NCBI GenBank assembly: GCA_041650915.1
Contig: JBAZKE010000001.1
Span: forward strand, 611,097 to 675,096
Reading direction: 5' to 3'
From: Patescibacteria group bacterium
GTDB lineage: Bacteria > Patescibacteriota > Patescibacteriia > UBA10025 > JAHIVO01
Length of the DNA stretch: 64,000 bases
The notes below the pieces were generated by a model. That model ran no database searches, was not told the DNA's origin, and was given only the letters and a program-made list of their open reading frames with translations. Position 1 is the stretch's first letter. Each line of letters opens with the position of its first letter. Below are positions 39,997 through 49,690 of the stretch, piece by piece. The position numbers were made by a program, and so were the translations under genes.

Positions 39997-41538
39997 TTAC
40001 TGCGTGCTGAGCAGAATAAATCGATTATCCTGGTTCAGCTTCCGAAAATGTGAAATCAAATACTCGGTCAAATCCCCATCCCCCTCTTCCGGGGGATTTT
40101 TCAGTAAAAAATGCGTAATGCCATATTGCTCAATAGTACTGTAAATGGTTTCCGGGTTTGTATAAGCTAATTTAATATCGTAATAACCTTGGGCCTGAAC
40201 AGCAGTTTGTGTAAAACTTGCATGTTGTGGCCTGACGCCGACGACATTGAGGCCGGTAAGGCCGGAAAAAATGTGGGACTCAATTGCATCGGTAAACACC
40301 ACACTTCGTGCTGGCAAGTTTTTTACTATCCCAAAATCAATAGCGGAACCCCCGTAGTAAGACTGATCATATGTATACGGCTCCCAATCATGGAACACCA
40401 TCATTTTTTCCGAAGTATAAGCCGAGCCGATCGTTAATAAACTTACAATGATTACCGAAACGGTGCGCCAGTGCAGCCGCTGTAAAAAGACAGCCCACCC
40501 CACTGCACCTGAGAAAACAAGCAACGGGAAAAACCTCCAATAAAACCGGACGCTATTGGGATTGAGGCCTGATAAAATAATTACAGTTGCGACAATAAAG
40601 AGGATGAAAAAAAATAAATACCTTTTTTTACGGATCAGCATAAAGAACCCGAGTAAACTAAAGCCCGCTAATGATATCCACGCTCTTAGCAATGTTCCGC
40701 GATCAATATCGGAAATATTTTCTATAGTCGGATTTGTTTGTGTAATAGCCGCGCCCTGTTTTTCAAAAAAACTTACTTGGCTATAGAGCGGCCAAATAAA
40801 ATTAATGACGACAACAATGATTGGAACAAGGGCAAGCGTAATTGCCTTCCTTCGTGGATACCGCTTCTGAAAAAAAGAAACTAGCACGTATGTAGCTATA
40901 GCAACGAAAAGGAAAACACCCGATAAAATGTGAGAGTTCCAAACGATATAGCTCAAGAACAGAACGGAAATGTAATTGCTGCGGGTATATTTTTCTATTC
41001 TTAAATATCGGTTCATAAACGCCAGTACAAGTAAAGTGCATCCTAATGCAAAAAAATGAACAAACGGGCCCATCCATAGTATCTCGTTCAAGGAAAACAT
41101 GCCTGCCGCTACATTTTTACTCGCACCCCACAAAAAAATTAATAGTATAGGGAAAATAAAAGCGGTACGGCGCGAATAAAAAAATTCACGTGCAAAAATG
41201 GTCGCAGCAAATAAAAAAAATACGACATTAACAATTCCAAAAAAAAGATACGTATTAATGGTCGAGATGTTTAAAATTTTTGATACAATCGCGACTGCTG
41301 CAAGATATGACCCACCTCTTGGATCCCTGATTCCATCGGGGTAAAAAGGCGCATTGATATCGGAAAAAGTATCTGCCTTTAATTCATTCACGATCGCTAA
41401 ATGGGTCCACAGATCGGTATTGCTCTTCTGGGGGTACAGATCGATATAAAATGAATAAACACATACAACAATGGCAAGTAGGATTAAAGCCACGTATCCA
41501 ATTTGCCTCGGTTTTAGCACAATGCTAATCACATTCAA
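39997..41538 (-). CDS. Polytopic membrane protein, probable GT-C fold glycosyltransferase
   Basis: NTDLWTH loop after TM1, many TMs, NSH, YWRF, soluble C-terminal VVFTD domain; TTG start uncertain. Confidence 0.62.
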   Translation of the reverse strand: MNVISIVLKPRQIGYVALILLAIVVCVYSFYIDLYPQKSNTDLWTHLAIVNELKADTFSDINAPFYPDGIRDPRGGSYLAAVAIVSKILNISTINTYLFFGIVNVVFFLFAATIFAREFFYSRRTAFIFPILLIFLWGASKNVAAGMFSLNEILWMGPFVHFFALGCTLLVLAFMNRYLRIEKYTRSNYISVLFLSYIVWNSHILSGVFLFVAIATYVLVSFFQKRYPRRKAITLALVPIIVVVINFIWPLYSQVSFFEKQGAAITQTNPTIENISDIDRGTLLRAWISLAGFSLLGFFMLIRKKRYLFFFILFIVATVIILSGLNPNSVRFYWRFFPLLVFSGAVGWAVFLQRLHWRTVSVIIVSLLTIGSAYTSEKMMVFHDWEPYTYDQSYYGGSAIDFGIVKNLPARSVVFTDAIESHIFSGLTGLNVVGVRPQHASFTQTAVQAQGYYDIKLAYTNPETIYSTIEQYGITHFLLKNPPEEGDGDLTEYLISHFRKLNQDNRFILLSTQ

Positions 41539-41598
41539 ACATCCGGTAATCTTTAATAATACGATAATTATACACTAATTTTATTGGCATATCTATGC

Positions 41599-41627
41599 TT
41601 GAAAATAATCGAGGAAATAGGTACAAT
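41599..41627 (+). promoter_or_regulatory. Putative promoter for the first wzx cassette
   Basis: TTGAAA, 17 bp, TACAAT; a divergent TATAAT lies on the minus strand at 41567-41572. Confidence 0.55.
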
Positions 41628-41763
41628 TGCAACCACCTATTGCATCTGCTGGAACAGACCTATACGACAAAAAATAATCGGCTTCTAAGTATTTAAAACT
41701 TCTGGAATGCCTTTCATTCGTAAATCGACTAAATTTTCGATTTTGTAAAAAATACTATTCACA

Positions 41764-43113
41764 ATGGACCCAGAAAATAATCAAAATATTCAAGCATCTT
41801 TTTTACAGGATTTTAGTTTTCAAAATTTGAAAAATACTTTTTTCTCGAAAACAGGAAAAGATGCCAGCAAACTGTTCATATCAAATATTGTCGCAACGGG
41901 CATTGGACTCGCTGCAAGCTTGATAACCCTGAAAATTTTCAATGTCAATGAAATCGGCATCCTTGCATCAACCAATAATTTAGTCGGCATCGTAGCCGGA
42001 ATAATACTATCCGGCATTAATATAAGTTTTGTGAGGTATTTGAGCGATTATCTGAAAAAGGATAAGGCTATCGCCAGCGCGCTTACAAAACAAATTCTCA
42101 AAATCGAATTTATTTTTGCCATCTCGGCTTTCATTGTTATTTTTTTCTCTTCATCATTTTTAGCCAACGAAGTTTTTCATAAGAGTGACTTAGATTTTTT
42201 CATCAAATTAGCTGCGATCAATATCTTTCTGAGCATTGCTATTTCTTTTTATAAAACATATTTCCAGGCCTTAGAAAAATTTTCATTTATTTCATTATCA
42301 ATCATCATTCCGGCAATACTCAACATATCGTGTATTGGATTTTTGGCGTATTTGAATGCACTGACGCCAGAAAGTGTCCTCTACATTTCCATAGGGATCA
42401 CCGGTCTTTTTCTGTTCATATCACTATGGTATTACCAAAAAAATAAAATCCAAACTGAAACCGAAAAAAAATTGCCAAATGAATTTTTAAAAAAGTTTTT
42501 GCACTATAGCAAATGGGTAGTTTTAATGGCAGTAACCTCATTGATTTTTTCAAGAATTGATATATTTATGCTCACCTCCATGGTGGATTTAGGGCAAGTC
42601 GCGCTCTACTCTTTTGCATTCACCATATACAGCACGTATCTCATCGTATTAAATACTATTAATACGGTATTGTTGCCAAAAATTTCTTCTTTCCAAACTT
42701 ACCTGGAATTGCGAATAGCAGCCAAAAAAATATTCAAATTTTCAATATTGATCGCAATCATCATTCTCCCCACAATATTTTTTATCAGGCCATTAACCCA
42801 GTTTATTTTCCAAAATAAATTTGACGGGTCCATGCCGGTTATATACGTTTTTTTCTTAAGCCTGCTTATAAGTATCATAGTAAACCCAATTGTCAACATT
42901 CTGTTAGTCATTAAGCGGCAAAAATTTTTAAGCCTATTGACGTTCGCCATACTCATCTTGAATGTCATTGGCAACCTAATCTTTATACCCCGGTATGGAA
43001 TCATAGGAGCCGTCTGGGTAACGGCTTGTACCCATATTTTTTCAAATGTCATTGCAGGAATTAAGGTAATGCTAGAACTAAAAAATAAATATAAAACGTC
43101 AGATACCATTTAA
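41764..43113 (+). CDS. wzx: Wzx/MOP oligosaccharide flippase
   Basis: About 12 TMs, RIDIFML...VALYSFA, LNVIGNLIFIPRYGIIGA. Confidence 0.88.
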   Translation: MDPENNQNIQASFLQDFSFQNLKNTFFSKTGKDASKLFISNIVATGIGLAASLITLKIFNVNEIGILASTNNLVGIVAGIILSGINISFVRYLSDYLKKDKAIASALTKQILKIEFIFAISAFIVIFFSSSFLANEVFHKSDLDFFIKLAAINIFLSIAISFYKTYFQALEKFSFISLSIIIPAILNISCIGFLAYLNALTPESVLYISIGITGLFLFISLWYYQKNKIQTETEKKLPNEFLKKFLHYSKWVVLMAVTSLIFSRIDIFMLTSMVDLGQVALYSFAFTIYSTYLIVLNTINTVLLPKISSFQTYLELRIAAKKIFKFSILIAIIILPTIFFIRPLTQFIFQNKFDGSMPVIYVFFLSLLISIIVNPIVNILLVIKRQKFLSLLTFAILILNVIGNLIFIPRYGIIGAVWVTACTHIFSNVIAGIKVMLELKNKYKTSDTI

Positions 43114-43123
43114 TCATAAATCG

Positions 43124-43990
43124 ATGATGCCGGACGTTAGCATAGTAATTCCCACATTCAACAGGCCTGGTGCATTGCAATCAGCCGTCAAGAGCGTTTT
43201 GGATCAAACGTACCAGGATTTCGAAATAATCGTCATTGATGATGGGTCTTCATGTGATACCTCGTTTATCGCAAAGTTAGACCACAGAATTGCATTATTG
43301 AAACAACGCCATCAAGGTGCCGGCAGTGCAAAAAATGCCGGGATTAAACTTTCACAAGGAAAATACATTGCTTTTCTTGACGATGATGATACTTTTTTAA
43401 AAAATAAACTTGAATTTCAAATCAGTATCATGGAAAGCAATCCTGGCATGATGATGTCTCATACCTCGTATATAAAAAATGATGAGCGGCAACATAAAAC
43501 GATTGTCAATTCTGGATATTTTTCGGGAAAAGTATACCCAAAAATTTTACTCAATTGTCCGATTGCGACTCCCACGGTTATGGTGAATAGCAAAATTTTT
43601 CAAAATTTCACTTTAAAATTTCCAGAACAATCCATTGCTGAAGACCTGCTTTTGTGGACTAAAATTTCCAGATACCATGATATATTCGGCATTGATAAAG
43701 CGTTATCGGTTGTCAACGTATCGAGCCAGAGCGCATCAGAAAACCTAAAGAAAAAAATCATTGCGTGCGATTTGAAACTGGATTACATTAAGAATGAAGA
43801 TCCTTCATTATTGAAAATGAACCGAAAAATCAATTCAAGTAAAAAATCGCTCATGGGTTTGTTGCATTCGCAAAAACATTTAACCATGAAAGGATTGAAG
43901 GAATTCTCCATCGCGTTTCTTCTGGATCCGGCAAATATCGGCAATTACTACGCAATTAATTCAGTATTAAAAAAGCGTCCACCGCGATGA
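43124..43990 (+). CDS. GT2 glycosyltransferase
   Basis: VSIVIPTFNR, IDDGS, YIAFLDDDD, ED. Confidence 0.92.
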   Translation: MMPDVSIVIPTFNRPGALQSAVKSVLDQTYQDFEIIVIDDGSSCDTSFIAKLDHRIALLKQRHQGAGSAKNAGIKLSQGKYIAFLDDDDTFLKNKLEFQISIMESNPGMMMSHTSYIKNDERQHKTIVNSGYFSGKVYPKILLNCPIATPTVMVNSKIFQNFTLKFPEQSIAEDLLLWTKISRYHDIFGIDKALSVVNVSSQSASENLKKKIIACDLKLDYIKNEDPSLLKMNRKINSSKKSLMGLLHSQKHLTMKGLKEFSIAFLLDPANIGNYYAINSVLKKRPPR

Positions 43991-45270
43991 TTGAAACAAA
44001 AAACAAAGCTCTCATACTATCTACCTACGCCCCACCGATGATGGGCGGCCCTATGATTTTATATAACCTCTTTTCCCAATTTTCTGGGAATTCGTATTCC
44101 ATTTTGACCGGATATTCAGCAATCAAATCCCAGCCTCACGACAATAAGTATTGGCTCAATTGTGATTACTATTTTTATGATGCTCCAGATAAAACAAAAT
44201 TGGACATGATTAATGGTGATAACGCACACAAAAAAGCAGGAGTGAACACACAAAAAGTAAATGCCCAGTGGTGGAAGCGCATTACATATTTTATTACGAA
44301 AATACTATATTTCAAGCGAATTGATATGCTCGTCAACATGCTGATGCAGTTGGTGATAATCGTACGGCGAGGAATTACCATTGTCAAAAAAAATGGTATT
44401 GAAGTGCTGATCGGGATTTCCGGTGATGGGCTTGCACTCATAGCGGCTTACGTGATCCATAAAATTACCAAAAAAAAATATATTTTATACTTGTTTGATC
44501 TCTATAGGGGAAATAACTTCTCCCCTTCAATAAAATGGTTGGCAAGAATAGTTGAACCGACGCTGGTACGAAGCGCTTCAAAAATAATTGTGACAAACTC
44601 CGGCACAAAAGATCTGTACAATAAAAGGTACGGCAACGTGCCCATTGAAATAATATACAACGCAATTTTTTCAGAGAAGTATGCAAATCTGAATAATGAT
44701 TACTCCCCGAGCGAACCGTATACTATTATATTCACTGGAAATATTTATTGGGCGCAGGAACAAAGCATCGTTAATCTCATCAAGGCGATTGGGCAAATTA
44801 ATCAGATAAAGGTGAACCTACAGTTATATTTGCCAAAGTGCCCCGATAGCATAAAAAACTTGGTAGAAAATAACGAGCGCGTATCCATATCGAAAGCATC
44901 ACCGGAAGAAATACCTGCCATACAAAACAAGGCTGACCTACTTTTCCTTCCCTTAGCATGGGACACGAAGGCGCCTGAGATAATTCAAACGGCGACACCT
45001 GGTAAATTCACCGATTACTTAATCGCAGGTCGGCCGATGCTGGTTCATGCGCCTGAGTACGCATATGTTTCGCAATATGCAAAGAAATTTAAATTAGGGC
45101 TTGTTGTTGACCACAATGACATCTCCATCCTGGCGCAAGCAATTACAGATTTTTTCATGCATCCCCATGGCGGCACCGAGTATATAACTAATGCAAAAAA
45201 AATATTTTTCAAAAATCATGATGTTTATAAAAATGCCCAAAACCTGGCTAGTATTATAAATAAATCATGA
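43987..45270 (+). CDS. GT-B (GT4-like) glycosyltransferase
   Basis: FTGNIY, ADLLFLP, TPGKFTDYLIAGRPML. Confidence 0.78.
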   Translation: MIETKNKALILSTYAPPMMGGPMILYNLFSQFSGNSYSILTGYSAIKSQPHDNKYWLNCDYYFYDAPDKTKLDMINGDNAHKKAGVNTQKVNAQWWKRITYFITKILYFKRIDMLVNMLMQLVIIVRRGITIVKKNGIEVLIGISGDGLALIAAYVIHKITKKKYILYLFDLYRGNNFSPSIKWLARIVEPTLVRSASKIIVTNSGTKDLYNKRYGNVPIEIIYNAIFSEKYANLNNDYSPSEPYTIIFTGNIYWAQEQSIVNLIKAIGQINQIKVNLQLYLPKCPDSIKNLVENNERVSISKASPEEIPAIQNKADLLFLPLAWDTKAPEIIQTATPGKFTDYLIAGRPMLVHAPEYAYVSQYAKKFKLGLVVDHNDISILAQAITDFFMHPHGGTEYITNAKKIFFKNHDVYKNAQNLASIINKS

Positions 45271-45304
45271 AAAAATACACCACCGAGTCCATGCCTACAG
45301 GCTA

Positions 45305-45332
45305 TTGATTGCAGGCATCAATATGCTATAAT
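45305..45332 (+). promoter_or_regulatory. Promoter for the epimerase-dehydratase-reductase trio
   Basis: TTGATT, 16 bp, TGcTATAAT. Confidence 0.65.
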
Positions 45333-45369
45333 GCAGCACATACTGATACTAATTGCATAAGTCTTTTTT

Positions 45370-46461
45370 ATGAAAATTGTAACAATTTTAGGCACTCGAC
45401 CGGAAATCATCAGGCTCAGTTTGATCATCAAAAAGCTTGATTCAATATGCGACCATACGGTCATCCATACCGGGCAAAACTATTCGGTGGACCTGAAGGA
45501 CATTTTTTTTGAAGAACTAGCACTTCGCCAGCCCGACTACTACCTGTCGGCCGATAGCTCTTCAATCGGGCTCCAGCTCGCGACGATATTTGAAAAAACA
45601 TACGAAATTTTAAAAAAAATCAGACCTGATAAAGTTCTCATACTCGGGGATACCAACAGCGGCTTGGCCGCAGTCATCGCAGAAAAAATGCTCATACCTG
45701 TGTACCATATGGAGGCGGGAAACAGGTGCTACGACCCGCTCGTGCCTGAAGAAAAAAACAGGAGGGTCATTGATGCGGTTTCAACATTCAATCTCCCCTA
45801 CACCCCGCGGAGCCGAGAAAATTTGCTGCGCGAAGGTTTTCCTGCCCAGCGCATCATGGCGTCTGGAAACCCGATTAATGAAGTGTTGCTCCACTATAAA
45901 AATCCGATTGAAAAAAGCAGTATTTTGAAAAAGCTTCATCTCGCAAAGAATAAATACTTCATCGTAACGGCGCACCGCGCAGAAAATGTCGACAATAAGA
46001 CGAGGCTCACTCATATTTTTTCAGGATTGGATTTAGTCGCAAAAAACTTCAAACTACCGGTCATCTGCAGCATCCATCCGCGCACGAACGAAAAAATGAA
46101 GAAATTTAAAATCAGGCCAAAGTCAAAGCTCGTCAGCATACATAAACCGTTTGGCTTTTTCGATTTCGTTAAACTGGAAAAAAACGCCCTGTGCGCAATA
46201 TCCGATAGCGGTACGGTACAGGAAGAATGCTGCATTTTTAAAGTACCAACGGTTACCATACGCAGGACGACTGAACGCCCAGAGACGGTTGAGTGCGGCA
46301 GTAATATTCTCGCGGGATTGGATAAAACACAGATTCTTGCAAAGGCAAAATATATTCTCGGGAAGCGCAATGATTGGGCCTGCCCCATCGGATATCTCGA
46401 TACTGACGTTTCCGGCAGAGTCATTAACTTTTTACTGACACACAAAGAAAATTTACTGTAG
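45370..46461 (+). CDS. UDP-6-deoxy-L-HexNAc 2-epimerase (FnlC/QnlB-like, WecB family)
   Basis: GTRPEIIRLS, HTGQNY, HMEAGNRC.D..VPEE.NR, SDSGTVQEE, TERPE. Confidence 0.88.
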   Translation: MKIVTILGTRPEIIRLSLIIKKLDSICDHTVIHTGQNYSVDLKDIFFEELALRQPDYYLSADSSSIGLQLATIFEKTYEILKKIRPDKVLILGDTNSGLAAVIAEKMLIPVYHMEAGNRCYDPLVPEEKNRRVIDAVSTFNLPYTPRSRENLLREGFPAQRIMASGNPINEVLLHYKNPIEKSSILKKLHLAKNKYFIVTAHRAENVDNKTRLTHIFSGLDLVAKNFKLPVICSIHPRTNEKMKKFKIRPKSKLVSIHKPFGFFDFVKLEKNALCAISDSGTVQEECCIFKVPTVTIRRTTERPETVECGSNILAGLDKTQILAKAKYILGKRNDWACPIGYLDTDVSGRVINFLLTHKENLL

Positions 46462-46468
46462 TTATTTT

Positions 46469-47452
46469 ATGTTTAAAAACAGAAAAATATTCATCAGTGG
46501 CGGAACGGGCTCGTGGGGAAATGAATTGGTAGCGCAGTTGCTGCAAAAAGGGCCACAACAGATTATCATCTACTCCCGGAGCGAATTGCACCAGGTGAAC
46601 ATGCAGAGGAAATTCAGCAATCCCAAGCTCCGTTTTATCATCGGTGATGTCCGTGATCGGGACCGGCTCATTGAGGCGACGAAAGGCGTCGATTATATCT
46701 TTCACCTTGCTGCCCTCAAGCACGTTCCTGTTTGCGAAGAACAGCCCTACGAAGCCATCAAGACAAACATTGTGGGCACAAAAAACATCATCGAAGCAGC
46801 AAAAATAAATAACGTCAAAAAGGTAATCGACGTATCGTCTGATAAAGCCGTTGACCCTCTGAACCTTTACGGCATGACCAAGGCAATCGGAGAACGCCTG
46901 ATGATACAGGCGAACCTCGAGCCAAGCAATACCGTTTTTGTTTGTATCCGCGGCGGAAATGTCCTCGGTACGAATGGAAGCGTCGTGCCATATTTCATCA
47001 GCCAGATCAAAAATAACGGTGTTATCAACCTGACCGACAAGCGCATGACCCGGTATTTTTTGACACTGCAGCAAGCAATCGGCTTACTGTTCAAAGTAAG
47101 CGAGGCCAGTTTTGGCGGTGAAACGTTCGTTATGAAAATGCCAGGTTGTAAAATCGAAGAGCTCGCCATGGTCATCGCTGATGCTATTTCAGACAAGGAG
47201 ATACCGATCAAAGAAATCGGGGCACGCCCAGGAGAAAAAATCGATGAAGTTCTCGTTTCTCGTTATGAAGCTCCGCGGACCCACCAGTTCGATGATAATT
47301 ATTTCGTTATTCTGCCGGAATTGAAATTGGACAATTTGGACGAAAAATACCACCATTTGCCAAAAGTTGAATTTTCCGAGTACTCCTCGAAGGATAGCCT
47401 CATGGACAAAAAACAAATCAAAAAAATGCTTGAGGACGGTAAATTTATCTAA
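46469..47452 (+). CDS. UDP-GlcNAc 4,6-dehydratase/epimerase (FnlA/CapE-like)
   Basis: GGTGSWG, GDVRD, HLAALKHVP.CE, DKAV, YGMTK, GSVVP, MTRY, GEK. Confidence 0.88.
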   Translation: MFKNRKIFISGGTGSWGNELVAQLLQKGPQQIIIYSRSELHQVNMQRKFSNPKLRFIIGDVRDRDRLIEATKGVDYIFHLAALKHVPVCEEQPYEAIKTNIVGTKNIIEAAKINNVKKVIDVSSDKAVDPLNLYGMTKAIGERLMIQANLEPSNTVFVCIRGGNVLGTNGSVVPYFISQIKNNGVINLTDKRMTRYFLTLQQAIGLLFKVSEASFGGETFVMKMPGCKIEELAMVIADAISDKEIPIKEIGARPGEKIDEVLVSRYEAPRTHQFDDNYFVILPELKLDNLDEKYHHLPKVEFSEYSSKDSLMDKKQIKKMLEDGKFI

Positions 47453-47455
47453 TGT

Positions 47456-48343
47456 ATGAAAACAGTCGCAATCCTCGGGCCGACAGGAATGCTTGGAAAC
47501 GGTGTTTTTTGCCAATTGAGGAATAAATATAAACTCATCTTAGCGCTTCGAGACCAAAAAAAAATTACGCTTCTCGAAAATCGATACGGCCCATGCGAAA
47601 ACTGTAAACTGATTCCGTTCGACTCGCAAGCTCTCTATAGTGACTATGCACAAGGATTTCATGACCACCATGCTTCGCCGAGCCTATCAAAATTCATCAA
47701 CGATATAGGTGACGTAAATGCGGTCATAAACTGCATAGGAATCACCAACCGATACAGCAACGACCATCCACTGGACGCTTTTTTTATCAATAGCGCATTT
47801 CCGCATATACTGAGCAATGTCTATGGCAGAAAATTAATACACATCACTACCGATTGCGTCTTTAGCGGCAAACAGGGAGCTCCCTATGACGAAAATGCCG
47901 TTCCCTCGCCAAATGACCTCTATGGCCTGTCTAAGAGCCTCGGTGAGCCTTCCCAGCGCTCACTCGTGCTCAGAACTTCGATTATCGGCCATGAAGTAAG
48001 CGGATTCGTTTCTCTCATCGAATGGTTCAAAAAACAGGAAGGAAAAACTGTCCAAGGATATACAACGCATTTATGGAACGGGATCACGACGATAGAATTC
48101 GGAAATATTTGCGATAAAATTATCAGCAACAGAGACGAATATCCGAGCAATGGGTTATTCCATATTTTTTCCACCGACGTAACGAAGTATGAAATGCTGC
48201 AAGCTTTCAAGAAAAAATATAGTGTTAACGTTACCATCCAGCCTGAGGAACCAGACGTTGTCGACAGAAGGCTGAGTACCGTTTTTGAACTATGCGGCAA
48301 ACTTAAAATCCCTTCATTCCAAAAAATGCTGGATGCACTTTAA
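47456..48343 (+). CDS. RmlD-like NDP-4-keto-6-deoxysugar reductase (QnlA/WbvR-like)
   Basis: GPTGMLG, INCIG, INS.FPH, TDCVFSG, YGLSKSLGE, RTSIIG. Confidence 0.85.
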   Translation: MKTVAILGPTGMLGNGVFCQLRNKYKLILALRDQKKITLLENRYGPCENCKLIPFDSQALYSDYAQGFHDHHASPSLSKFINDIGDVNAVINCIGITNRYSNDHPLDAFFINSAFPHILSNVYGRKLIHITTDCVFSGKQGAPYDENAVPSPNDLYGLSKSLGEPSQRSLVLRTSIIGHEVSGFVSLIEWFKKQEGKTVQGYTTHLWNGITTIEFGNICDKIISNRDEYPSNGLFHIFSTDVTKYEMLQAFKKKYSVNVTIQPEEPDVVDRRLSTVFELCGKLKIPSFQKMLDAL

Positions 48344-48560
48344 TTCTATTATAAAAGTAAAGAAGCCTTGCTGATCCAAGATTGATGGTGGAGTAACAAC
48401 TTATTAACAGTATCCAGATAAATTTCAGTGCCGGATTAATAACTTAGATTGTCTCAATATATCACCTAACAACTTGCTAGCTTAAAACTATACTTATAGT
48501 TACAGGCAAACTCTTGCTTGTTTTTTAATCATTAAAATACTAGCCGTACCCCTTGCAAAA

Positions 48561-49499
48561 TTACTCATATTTGGAATTTTGAAATAATTGCTTAATTCTT
48601 TTTTTCATAGTAGTCGCTGAATCACGCAAAGCCACCTGTTCATCGTCAGATAACTGCATTTCTACAATTTTTTCAATACCAGTACTCCCGAGCTGCACGG
48701 GAACACCAAGAAATAAATTGGTAAATCCATACTCACCATCGAGGAATGCGCTACATGGCAAAATTACCTTACTATCAGTTAAAATCGCGTCAACCATTTC
48801 CGTAATTGAATAAGCTGCTGCAAAGTACGCGCTTCCGGTGCGCAACAGATTTACCAACTCCTGTCCACTCCCTTTTACCCTATCAATCAGTTTCTTTATT
48901 CGATCTGCAGCCATTAATTCTGCCAGAGGCTCTCCGTCAACTTTTGTCTGGCTGATCAATGGGACCATCGTGTCACCATGACTTCCTAAAATGATTGTTT
49001 CAACATGATCTGCCGGAATCTGAAGTAATTCAGCAATATGAGCTTTCAGGCGAATCGTATCAAGAATACCCGACATCCCAATTACTTTTTGCTTGGATAA
49101 CTTACTCAGACGGTAGGCAAGATATGACATAAGATCGACGGGATTGGAAACTACAACTAAAATTGCTTTTGGTGAATAGCGCAAAATGCGTGGAAGAACC
49201 GTACGCATAATCCGTTGATTGCATTCAAATAGGTCATCTCTGGTCATGCCAGGTGTCCGTGGTTTACCAGCCGTAATGATCACAATATCAGAATTGGAGG
49301 TCATCGCGTAATTAGATGTGCCCACTATAGAAATCTGCGAATGCATCAATGAAAGTGCATGTCGAATATCAAGCGCTTGCCCTTTGGCGTGATCCTCTTT
49401 AATATCTAATAACACGATTTCAGCAAGCTTTTTCTCTGCAAGTATAAGAGCAACATGACTTCCCACTCTACCGGCGCCAATAATTGATATTTTAGGCAT
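48561..49499 (-). CDS. mdh: Malate dehydrogenase (LDH-like type)
   Basis: IIGAGRVG, TAGKPRTPGMTRDDL (Arg at the malate-specificity site), SNPVD, GSHGDTMVP, GSAY; start at ATG 49499. Confidence 0.9.
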   Translation of the reverse strand: MPKISIIGAGRVGSHVALILAEKKLAEIVLLDIKEDHAKGQALDIRHALSLMHSQISIVGTSNYAMTSNSDIVIITAGKPRTPGMTRDDLFECNQRIMRTVLPRILRYSPKAILVVVSNPVDLMSYLAYRLSKLSKQKVIGMSGILDTIRLKAHIAELLQIPADHVETIILGSHGDTMVPLISQTKVDGEPLAELMAADRIKKLIDRVKGSGQELVNLLRTGSAYFAAAYSITEMVDAILTDSKVILPCSAFLDGEYGFTNLFLGVPVQLGSTGIEKIVEMQLSDDEQVALRDSATTMKKRIKQLFQNSKYE

Positions 49500-49592
49500 A
49501 GTGGAATAGACCAAATCTTGTAATCGGATAAAACTCCTCTCTATAGTATACACTAGGTTGGCATACTGCGTCATTAGACGATCAATTAAATA

Positions 49593-49621
49593 TAGACAAA
49601 TCTCAATCTTTATATTATAAT
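49593..49621 (+). promoter_or_regulatory. Promoter for the second wzx cassette
   Basis: TAGACA, 17 bp, TATAAT. Confidence 0.6.
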
Positions 49622-49690
49622 ATATGCAAACTTTAAGAATTTCTTTTTATCGTAAATGATCCCAGTTAGATATTTTTGATTGAATAAAAA

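Noticed and set aside
41628-41763. Long leader before wzx as a riboswitch or JUMPstart/ops element
   Set aside because: No GGCGGTAG ops motif or recognisable riboswitch consensus
48344-48560. 217-bp AT-rich gap as a possible sRNA, pseudogene or insertion scar
   Set aside because: Only very short ORFs, and no convincing hairpin, direct repeat or terminal inverted repeat
49500-49574. Upstream extensions in the ORF track for mdh, and similarly for hldC, the GT4 at 36942, the methyltransferase at 60160 and the 4-TM gene at 38383
   Set aside because: Family N-termini begin at downstream ATGs, and the extensions overlap neighbouring genes or promoters
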